Of a stretch of DNA of 64,000 nucleotides, positions 27,329 through 38,316 are shown piece by piece. Position numbers and translations under genes: made by a program. The stretch comes from Vermamoeba vermiformis (taxonomy: Eukaryota), in the NCBI GenBank assembly GCA_045837725.1, contig JBEWZL010000003.1, positions 372,001 to 436,000 on the forward strand. Reading direction: 5' to 3'. Below the pieces are notes generated by a model. It was not told where the DNA came from. It searched no databases and worked only from the letters and a program-made list of their open reading frames with translations. Each line of letters opens with the position of its first letter. Position 1 is the first letter of the stretch.

Positions 27329-29602
27329 ATGGCAACTGGTGTTATTAAACAAGGCAAATTATTGTTCTACGACGGAAAGCAGTCGGATTGGGCCGAAGCG
27401 GAAGTTAAGCTTTTCAAAAACTCTGTCATTGAGTATATAGTTAAAGGAGTAAGTGACTATTGATATATTGCAGCTTGTGCGGATGTTCCCTGTTTGTAAC
27501 CCAAAACAAATCTGAACCGAAGAAATTTAAATTTATTCTTTACATGTGAATTTAATCTTTGGCTTTAGAAAGTCAACAAAATTGTAATGACCCCTCAAAT
27601 CAATGCTTCCCCTACGACGAAGGCTAATTACAGCGGACTTTTTGTGATCAACACGGTCGCCGAAACGTACTTCAATCATGGACCTATGTTCTGCGCCACA
27701 GACCCCCAGGTAATATAGAGCTTAAATATTTAATCGATGGGTTGATTATCTAACTTTTGCGCCTTAAGGAAGGTGAACGTTGGATGCAGCTCATTAACTA
27801 CACTCGCTTAAAGAACAACCTTGAGCTCATGCACAAGCATCCACTAACATTGTGCACGAATATTGTGGACGAGAATAATAAGGATTCAGTTTGTCCTTCG
27901 GTTATTCGTAACGTCAGCTTGAATTGCGCCGGATGCAGCAAGACCGCCGATCCAAAAGAGGGTTATCGCTGCGAGTTCTGCAACTTTGATTTGTGTGCAG
28001 CGTGCAAGCATGCTTTGGAAAAGATAGACACTCTATTGTACACCTCTGAGCACCATCCGCATCCGCTCCTCAAATTTCCGAAGGCCAAGAATCCCTTGTG
28101 GTTCTCTAGCAATTACAACGGTAGCTTCAAATGTGATCGATGCAACAAGAATCAAACGCGTGCCGTGTACCACTGTGTCGAGTGCGGTGACTACGACGAG
28201 TGTCAGTACTGCGGCATTGAAGCGACGAAGAACAAACCTGTCAATCAGCCGCAAGACATGACAATGGACTTGGGCTTCTTGCCTGCCAATATCTTGAAGA
28301 AAGAAGGCAACAAGTTCAGCTTGAGTGCCATCAATGCCAGAAAGGCGCCGCAAGCAACAGCTGTGATGGCCAACAAACACTGGGACCTGTCAACGATCGA
28401 CGACGCACCTGCAGCCAATGCATACTTTGAAGTGACTTTCACCAAGCTCAACGACAAAGAAGGCAAAGTGAGTGTGGGCCTTGGCAATCAGATCTTCGTT
28501 CAGAATCAACTGCTCGGCTATCAACAGAACAGCTTCGGGTACATGAACACTGGTGTAGTCTCGCAGAATGTAGGCGCTAATCCTCAACAATATCCCGCTT
28601 ACACGATTGGTACGCCCTCATATTACAACACACATGACGTGCTAACTTTACATACAGGGGACACCATTGGTGTGGGCATACTTATTGATAGCTACAATCA
28701 GCGCAGACTGTACTTCACTAAGAACGGTCAGTTGCTCGATTTCTACGCTCAACGCGTGCATATCGGCATGGATTGTTTCCCTGCAGTGTCCTTCACTCGT
28801 GGCTCGGGAGTTGAATTCGAAGTCAAGCTGACTGGTCCTTTCAAGTTCGATCTCAACGGCTTGCCGAACTACAGACCCGACAGAGTGAATCGATTTGAAT
28901 CTATTCCCAGCGAAATTATGGGAATTTGTTTTGCTTACGTGGCGACAAAACCTTCACAAGCCGCCTTGCTCCGCAGAGTACGCATTGAAAGTAATGTCTT
29001 TGACTTGATGTTCTAACGTTAGCGCAGGTTTCAAAGAAATGTTCCGAAGTTGCTGGCGGCAATATCGTGTGGAAGAGTTTGTACTTGAGCCGATGGCCCA
29101 AACAAAACGCCAAGCTGAATGTCAAGTCGTGGATCAAGTTCTACAAGCGCCGCAAAGACGTTGAACGATCACCTATATCTGTCACTGGTAACAACGCTAT
29201 CGAGAACTGCGACTTTGAGTTTGAATGCCCGCTCATCTGGGAGACCCTGAAGACAACGAACAAAGAAGGTGAACGATATTGCGACAAGTGCAAAAAGACT
29301 GTGTACGAGGGTAAGTCACACTGAGATAGACACATGAGCTGCGTATCTCATTCTTGTAATTAGTGAATGATGACAACACCATGCAAAACTACATCGAGCT
29401 CGGACGTTGTGTCACATTCTTGCCCAAGATTGACCCTCTCAGACCTCCCATGATGCCGGAACCTCGTCTCATGGGATTGCCACCCCAAATGCCGAAGCCA
29501 GTGCCCAAGCCCTATCAGAACGCGACTGTCAGAAATCAGTCGAAAGCTGCTAACCTTCTTGCACCTCCTGTAGCTGATTTGGGCGATATTGAGTTTGACT
29601 AA
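27329..29602 (+). CDS. PH - Cys-rich/ZZ-like - SPRY - F-box - C-terminal Cys domain protein (paralog B)
   Basis: Same domain order as 23272-25497: YRCEFCNFDLC, CVECGDYDEC, SPRY, IPSEIMGICF and ENCDFEFECPLIW..CDKCKKTVY..GRCV. Confidence 0.82.
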
Positions 29603-29669
29603 AACTGTCCTGGATTAGTTGAAAATTTCTACGAGTAGTGATTATTAATAAAAATATGATCATAGTAAT

Positions 29670-30861
29670 TTATTGCTTCTCCATATTAATATACGCCTCC
29701 ACATAATCATCACCACTGAATTCAGCCTCAGTGGGTTTGATAATTTGTTCGACGACATATTCGTACGCTTGATCCAACACCTGTGGGTCTTTAAATGCGC
29801 CAGTTAATATGGGCTTCGACCACGCCTTGCACGATGAGACATAATCGCGCGCAAACTTGTCTTTGCTGACATGTCCCAGCTTGAATTGCTCGTAGTACGG
29901 ACACGGCATGACACGTACATCCACATCCAACACTTTCAATTGCGCTAGTTGCTGTGCTACTTGCGGACTGCTCGGCTCAGTGAATGCGCGCATGACATCG
30001 TGCTTGGTGCGGAACCACATGGGCAGATTGGCGGCGTTGTATTCTTCTGTGGTGATCACACCCGTGTCACGCATTTGTTGCAACTTGCGATTGAAATTGT
30101 CCAAGAAGAACATCGTGTTCATGCGTCCTTGATCATTCACGGCCAGCACGACGAGCACTAATCGTCCTCCGGAGCTCAGTTCGTTGGCCTAAGACTGTTA
30201 GTCACGTGCTTAATAACAACTTTGCTGCCGTACTCTGAGGCACAAGATCTGTTCCCAGTCACGACGTGCTTGTTCGCGCCACACCTCAACTTCTTTGGCG
30301 GTGGATTTGTTCGGGGCAACATGATCGGTCAGTCCACAAGGTGTGCAACTCATCCAATGAAGAGCAGTAGAGGAAAAACCAATGTCGAGTGTGTGTGAGG
30401 GAAATATTTGCTCGTAGTACGAGGTCGCTGAGGCCATGGAGTAGATCTTGTTCGGCAGCACACCTGCACTCGTCAATCTGGTGGTTCAGTGAATTGAAAT
30501 TGTCGCAATGCTTACCTTTGAGATATGAACTGGTATGCACATGCTTAAATAATTCATTGTAGTCGTTCGTTGGTACATCCGTGTGCGTGACACTAAGTTC
30601 GATTGCTGCATCCAGGTTGTCCTTGATACGAGTGAATGTATCAACGAATACAGCGATAGAATTCTTGCCTTCTGATGATCCAAAGTCTGCCATATTTATA
30701 ATAATTTTATCTGCAATATTTTTAGATTTTTTGAATTTTGCAACAGCAAGGACCGCATCTGCTAGATCTGGAACAGCTTGCAGCGCAGCACGCAATTGAC
30801 CGCTGCTGAATTGATTGTAAAATCCTCCACCAACCATTGAAGCATATTCTTGCGAAGCCAT
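29670..30861 (-). CDS. SAM-dependent carboxyl methyltransferase (SABATH / Methyltransf_7 family)
   Basis: MVGGGFYNQFS..Q, MADFGSSEGKNS, HTDVPTNDYNELF, SYYEQIFP..LDIGFSSTALHWMS and ELSSGGRLV. Confidence 0.9.
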
Positions 30862-31736
30862 TGCAATGGTTTGTGTTTGTTCTCCCGATCTGAAGTTTAA
30901 GGCTAAATAATTGAGCACCTTTCTATTGAATTATAAACTGACTAATTATAGTCGCTCCTGGATGCAATATTGCTCGACTATTTGATTGGCTTATCGGAGT
31001 CAAAGGCGTTTGACTGATCTTGAATAACTTTCTTTGTTTCCTCCATAGTGCTCGTAATGTCATTGTTCGCTCTGTTAACGACATCTATTTGAGCTCCATT
31101 TACTATTCCCTTGACCATTATCTCTTGTTCTAACCAGCTAAAGGCGGATGTGAGAAATGAGCCATGCAACTCTATTGCTATGTAATACGTACGGATCATC
31201 AAATCCAACCACGAGCTGCTTAGGCAAGAATTCTTTTGTGAGAATAACGCCGTTCTGACCAGCATGGATCTCAGCAACTTGTCGCTGTGTAGTCCATGAG
31301 GTTAATCGGCTCGATTTAGTAAATCCTGCATTATGTAGCGAAGGGTCGATGTGTCCAAAGAGTTTTTGTGGTAGTACTATTCCTCTGAAATTGATGGTAA
31401 GCTAGATCCAGAGTTTTTTTTCCTTTTACCTTTTGGCAAGCTCAAAATCAACATGATCGACTGGGACTCCTCTATACAATTTGACTATATTTTTTTCATA
31501 ATTTTTTGTTGCTTGCGTTGTCGGATTTGTCTTGGCAAGTGAGTTCAGAGTGAGCAACACTATTATTACTTTGTTTTTGTAAGTAGTTTAGGCATTAACA
31601 ACTTACCCTTATGTAATATTGATCTCATTTCAGCGCTAATGTTCAATATAGAGAGTTGCAATGTAAATTGACTTCGAGAATTATTTATTTACATGAAGTC
31701 ACGTGTCATTGCAATATACAATCCGAGCACTATTAT

Positions 31737-33200
31737 TTACAAAATCGCGGCGAATCGTTCGTGTGCTTGTTGCCAATCAATCCACACTCGTGTAGGCAGG
31801 CCGCTAGCCTTATACCTGATGTATTCGTTGTACTCGGCAGACCCAAAATATTTCTTCATTCGCATTGACGTGGGACATATTTGTTCTTCTGGCTTCCATC
31901 TACAGCAAGCGATTAATATAACTTCGGATCAACCTTAGCCTTCACTTACTTGATCACATCGCCATTCTCGTCTTTCACAAACTCCAAGTGAAAAGCCCAT
32001 GACACTGACGCTAATGAGTGTGATTCTATCTCTGGCTTCAAGTGGTCTAGTTTCATGAACAAAATAGGTCAGTACATTTGTGAAATAAAATGACACGTGT
32101 CATCGTGTGAAGACAAAGCCGATTACTCACCTAATACGCGCACGAAGAAGGCCTCATGCTGTGGACTAACAAAGTGAAATCCAACTTCGTGATACATGAC
32201 CGCGTTGTGAAAGTGTTCGGGCACATCCATCAACCCGTCGCGACCAGCTTCTTCAGCCAACGTAATCAACATCTTTTGGAATTCGTGGCCAACGCCAAGC
32301 CCGGGGTACTTCTGTCCCGGCAGCTGCTTCTTGTATTTACCAGAGGTGGTGTAATACTGCGATAAGTGTGGGCTGTGATCGTGTGGGACATCTTGGTGGA
32401 ACCCGAGCAGTGGATCCTGCATGCAAACCCATTCTACCACGGTGAGCTTCATTGAGAACGGCAGATTTGTTTGCAGAAACTTGTGCAACTATTTAGCGGT
32501 ATTTTGTTAGTGACCAGAAGCACGCGGGGGATTATTCCTTTTTAAGTAATTTGGAAAAGTCTAAAATTTCAAAGCGACAATTCGAATTAATTAATTAATT
32601 TGTTGCTAGCAAAATTAATAAGCCAATCTGAATAATTGCATAAGGCCATTGTATTAGCTTGTTAATTACCTTGATATTTTTGTCTGAATAAAATGTAAAT
32701 TCTCTGATTGTGTAGTCCCGACGTCGTGTAAATAAACTAATAATGAAATTGCTATCCCCTGGAAAGTCATCTAGTTTTGTATCAGATACTAGCAGATGAT
32801 GAACAAACGGATCGGTTGTATCTGTTTTGATTTTTAGATCGTGATAACCACGGGCATGTACCCGTTCTAAAATGCCAAATTTTTGTAGTGCCTTGTGTAT
32901 ATCATCGTGAGTGTATGTGTTTAAGTATTTTTGGTCGTGAAGCTTGCTCTGCACCCCGAGTAAATCCGCATCTTCTTCGCTAAGGATTGGATCTTCAATT
33001 AAGTGGCTCAGATTGTCTGTTGTTCCACTTTTCCATGAAAATGGCTTTAGTGCTGTCATAATGAGGTCTAGAATGGACAATAAATTATTCAGCAAACGAG
33101 CCAAAACACGACCAAATTTTTCTGACGCAAAATCCACGTTTTGTTTGGTGAAACGTCGAACAAATGCTAACAACCTGAAAAGTTCGCGTGTGTTTGTCAT
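31737..33200 (-). CDS. Uncharacterised protein with an EW..QDP / LPGQxYPGLG / VPEHFHNA motif set (start may be 33059)
   Basis: Four exons join to the stop at 31737. Motifs: VEWVCMQDP, LPGQKYPGLG, RDGLMDVPEHFHNAVMY, VSWA, WKPEEQICP.S.RMKKYF.S.EY. Confidence 0.75.
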
Positions 33201-33552
33201 GAATCCAGCTAATTAAATGACTAGGAAGCTTCGCTTGTCCAAAAAATATGGTGTTATGAAATCTTCTTCAGAACGCCTGACTCTAAGACCAGGACAGTGT
33301 ACTTGTATGTTTGAAGGGACATAAAATCATCAGGTATAACCTATTTTCCCACGCGGCGCGGAACGGACAACTGGTCCGAACGGAATCTCGTTCCTATCCT
33401 ATTTTTAGTAATATTGCCGTCATGTACTGGTAAGTTTCGCTACAAATACTACACATAATCGTAGTTGTAACAAATAACATTTATTTGTTTCTTTTGCTGT
33501 TTGTTACTCAAAATTGTTTCGAAAAATAAATATTATTTACATGCTTTGTACA

Positions 33553-36500
33553 TTACTGCTCTTGCAGTGCTTCGAAGACACGAGCTACAAAACTTAAAGC
33601 CAAGCCAGGCTTCACTTCTTCAAGTCGTTCGAAACATTCTTGCAAGTGCTCGAGGTGAGGAATGGTCTCTTGACGCAGATTAGGATGTGTTTGCACCAAT
33701 TGCGTTAAGGCAGGATAAATCACCTTATCCAAGCCATCGTAGTCAACAGGCTTCTTCTCGTATTGAGGTGGTAACTCCTCTTTCTTTTGCAAAGGGAAAG
33801 CACGAGGAATCAATTTGCCGCCAAACTTGACGTACTGTTGATTGTTCTGCACGACAAATCGACCTTCAGCGGGCTTGTTAGTGTTTTGAGCTGGAGGTAC
33901 GCGACTTTGAGGCTGTTTGACAGGAGGTCTAATGTGATGAACATTGTTAGGCACGGCATTCTGCATCACATTGTTATTAACCATGTATTGGGGTGCTGCC
34001 CCAGGAACGTGTACTTGGCTCGGTGAAGCAGTGCGAGGTCTCTTCGGTCGAATAGGGATTGGAGGCATCACAATGCCGTTGTTCGCTGCAGCAGGTCGTT
34101 GGTTGACTTGTTGAGCAGAGGGACGAGGAGCCATTTGCGGCTTGAGTCCGTGTTGAAGTCCGTGAATCATTTTCTGGATCTGATCGTTGCTGACTTGAAT
34201 GCTCGCAGGACGGCCATTTGACTTGACAACGGGCTGGGGACGAACAGGAGGCTTGTCGAAGTAGACTTTGGGCGCTTCTTTCTTCTTCTCCTCTTCTTCT
34301 TGCAACATTCGCTCGAGTTCTTGACGCTGCGAAGTCGTCAAGCGTTCGCTGATGTAGCGTGACTTGTAGCCTTGAGGCAATGGTTGTTTGGGCACATTGT
34401 TGCGAAGGGTCTTGGAGTCTTCGCGCTCCAAAGTGCGAGGTGACTTAGGACGCTCTTGTCGACCGCGCTGAACTTCCTCTTCAGAGGACTCAGTGTCACT
34501 GGGCTCTTCTTCTTCAATGATGATTCGCTTGTGTGCTTGTTCCCGTTGTTTCTCAACAGCCTTCTTGAGCGAGGATTGTTGACGAGCTTGATGTTGGTAC
34601 AACTGGAGAATGGCCGGGTTGGGTTTCTTCTGCTTCATCGCCTCTGTAATGTATTGGTTAGTAACGGGTACGCAATAGTCAATATGGTTCATACCATATT
34701 CTTGTCGTGCCTTCATCAAGTTGTCAAACTGTGATTGCAATGCATCCAACTTGGAATCAAAATTTGTCGTGTTCATCGCGTCAGTTTGCGAATTAGGACC
34801 CCCAGCAGTTGGTCTCTGGGCGTTGCTGCTAGTTGACTTGGGCTGCGAAGATGGAGCTGTCTTAGTGGGAGGCTGGGGCAACTGCTTAGCAGGAGAGGTA
34901 GGTCTGCTCTTAGGCTTCGGGGGAGGCAATGGCTTGGCCTTCTTTCCGCTGGATGACGATGAGGCTGATGACTTTGTAGGTGATGAAGTCGAACGAGGGC
35001 GATAGCGGTTAGGACTGTCTGAATCCGATGAAGACACATCACTCGGGGACGAGCCTCGTACTGGTGAAGCACTGCGTGAACTTGAGCGGGACTTAGGCTT
35101 GGGGAGAGGTCTGGGAGGAGGAGATCTACTGGTCTGTTAGCGCCGTACAAATAAGTTTAAGACGATGACTTACTTGACCACGAGGTCAGGAGTGTGCTCA
35201 ATCATGTCCTCGAATATGCCGATAAAGTTGTTGATCAGCACGGGGTTCTTGACATGAGCCAAATAAGGGCCAAAGACTTTGGCGACGTGCTTGGGAAACA
35301 ACTTGGTTCTGGCTCTATTCTCGATGGACAGCAAGTAGCACCACCTGAGCAAGCGCAACAACACCTCTTTGTGGGCTGTGGGCAACTTGGACAACATCTT
35401 GTAGTACTTTTCAAGACGTCGTTCACGTGAGGGCAGGCGCTTGATTTTGTTCCACTCCTCGGTCAGTGTGCTGGACAAGAGGGGATTGGGCAATTCAGAC
35501 AAGTACAACTTGAGCAGGGCAATCAAGTCCTCCGTCTCCATCTTGCTAATGTCATATGACAAGCCCTTGTCAATGCTATCTCGTGTTGAATTCACTAACT
35601 TGACATTGCCTGGAACCTTCAAAATATTTTGATCCACGTCTATCGGGTATTAGTATCTCTATGGTATAGACAGTTATCGCACGTACGTCTATTCTCCAAC
35701 AAGCTGAAAAGTTTCTCCAAGAACGAAGGAATCCAATTCTCAGTCTTGGCCGCTAACTTGTGCAAATATTCGCCGAAAACTCTGTCGCCTATGTTCGAGA
35801 CCGAGTTAGTTCAGTTGTTTCGGAAAGTACCATGATACTTACGTCCGAGGGCCATGCAGCCAGTCGCTGTACATGAGACGTGAGCTACGAACTGACCTTC
35901 CATTTGTTCAACTCTCTTGGGCACTGTTTGCACATTATTAGGAGGTACTGCCGAGGCGAATCCGTTCTCGAGGAATGTGTCCAGCTTCTTGGATGAGCGA
36001 CGCAATGAGCGGCGTTTCTTCTTGACAGCACTCTTATCGCTCTTGCAGCTAATTGAAGCAATGCTGCCGCTGCCGCTGTCTTGACTCATTGACGACTCGT
36101 CTTGCGAGTACTGCAAGGGAAAGTAGCCAAGACGACCTCCTTCGCATCGACCCCACGTCCATACCCGGCCAGTATCTGTCACCACATGTCAATCAAGATT
36201 CATTTCCAAATATAGATACGCAGAAATTATTACCATCAATTGCGACAAAATGCTCGCCACCAGATCTGATGGAGACCACTTTGTAGGTCTTGTCATTGTG
36301 TGTAAAGTTGAGCTTCATTGGCAGCTCGGCGTAGATAGCATTATCACCAATACCCATCAGTCTTGATGTGTTGTCGCCAAATCCGAAGACATTTCCATTG
36401 TCTGTATTTTAGTTAGATAATTTCTGATTTTGAACGTGTTAGTGACATTATACCTGTCAGAATGAGAAGGAAATTCGCGTGACAAATAAACTCTTGAATG

Positions 36501-37992
36501 GCATCGTTTCTGTATCCTTCAAGCTCAAACACGTCTTCTTTGCACTTTGCGCCATTGAATCGGCCCCAAATTACAAAATGATTACCTAATTTGGGTATTA
36601 GACGTTGAATTTTACAAAATTGCTGTATTTACGTACCATATCCCATGACAGTATAATTCGGACCACAGCCGACTGCACTGATTTTGACGTTGTGCAAGTA
36701 ATCTTTTCTGAAGTACATTGGTCGCATTTGCACGCCAAATCGTCCGCTCGACTTTTTGTGAACCAATTCTTTGTACAAATTGCTGCCCATTGTGTACACC
36801 ATGTTGTTCGCGGCTAGCACTGCTAAGTGTGTTGGACCAATGCTCATGTGTTTAATGCCGGCAATGTAATATCGCTCGTCGTTGTGGTCGTAGAATAATA
36901 TTTGACCGGGCTTCGAATACTTGCAATAATAACGTTCAGTACATTTGCCAAATATGGAAAAATATCGAAATAAATATTAACCGTTGCGGTGTGACATTCG
37001 GTGATATTTGCGTAATTCGATCTTTGAAGCGTAAAAACCGACCGGTCTCAAAGTGCGTGTTTTGAACTTACATCTAACTTGCCGAAGCTAGTCTCGATCG
37101 TTCCCCACAACCAGAGCTTGCCTATTTGATGATTAGCTTCAATACTAAACTTTACCATCTAAAACAGTACCTTTCTTTACTGCAGCCATCATAGTCGGGC
37201 CGGAGTATAATCTCTCGATCCCGTTCTCCAAAGAGTTTCGCTCATTATTCGCTGTCTCACCTAATACACAATCAATACTCGTAATATCAACAGTAATTGA
37301 TGCGAAAGTTAAATCAAAATTCTAAAACGCGATTTGATTTTCGAGAATTCACCGAAAATAAAGAAAAAACTTAATACAGAGAAATATCAGACTATAATAA
37401 CACCTAATATTAATCAGTGCTATATTGAAACTATATTATACCTGAGAATGAGCCCCAAGTCATTACTTCGCCCATATCAGTCAAGCCAATGTTGTGATCG
37501 ACAGCGCACTCGATTTGCTTCAAGCCAAGGCGATCCATAGGCAATACTTCTATATTATCATTGCCTCGACCCCACGTATATACTGTGTATTCCGGTACTA
37601 TTGTGTTAACAGGGTTAATTGCGATCCAGAATTCAAAATGGCTGCTATTCCAAACAGTTACCTGCGTCGTAATATTCGTCATCGCTGTCACTTTCAGACT
37701 TAACACCCGGTAATTCGGGTCTCTTATTATCTACTAACTCTATTTTGTGTGTCATGATCTCGATCCGCTCCTCTGGCTTGCTCAATTTGAACTCTTGTTT
37801 CAGTAAGTATTGTAAGTGCTTCTTCTCCATTTCAGGTTTTACGCGTCGTCTGCGAGGCTGATAAATCTCTACTGATGCTCGGTGGGATGGCGCTGCCTCA
37901 GGCACTACGCTCTCTTGAGGCTCGTCTGCTTGCGCATCCATCCGCTGAGGATCAGATTTCGGGAGCATCGACCAAATGCTTAATCCTTCCAT
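33553..37992 (-). CDS. RCC1-repeat + RhoGAP-like + Pro/Gln-rich protein
   Basis: RCC1 motifs (VYTWGRG, LTDMGEVMTWG, VYTMGSN, TDTGRVWTWGRCEGGRLG) and RhoGAP motifs (LIALLKLYLSELPNPLL, LAxVFGP-like VAKVFGP). Confidence 0.8.
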
Positions 37993-38316
37993 CTTCTCTG
38001 GTAAACTGTTAAAATTTCAAACGGAGAGTGGTTCAAAAGTTTCGTTTCTTTTATAATTTGGCTTCGTTGCATCTTTTTGACCAGATTTCGACAAACTTTC
38101 CACCGATTTTTGTCTGCTTTCAAACCTCTTTTTGGTGAAAGCAATTTACTTCGAATAACGAATCATGCCGACAATCTTCGAAAGCGTTCCAACAATGCCA
38201 AAAATAGTGTGCGCTGTAACGACATTTCTCGTCTTGTTTTACATTGTCGATCCGTTGATTAATTCACAGTAATTTATATATTGTGTTATCAAACTTACAA
38301 TAATAGTTCAACCTTG

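Noticed and set aside
30978-31450. 99-aa minus-strand ORF between the methyltransferase and the next gene
   Set aside because: It has a non-ATG start, no recognisable motif and no convincing exon chain.
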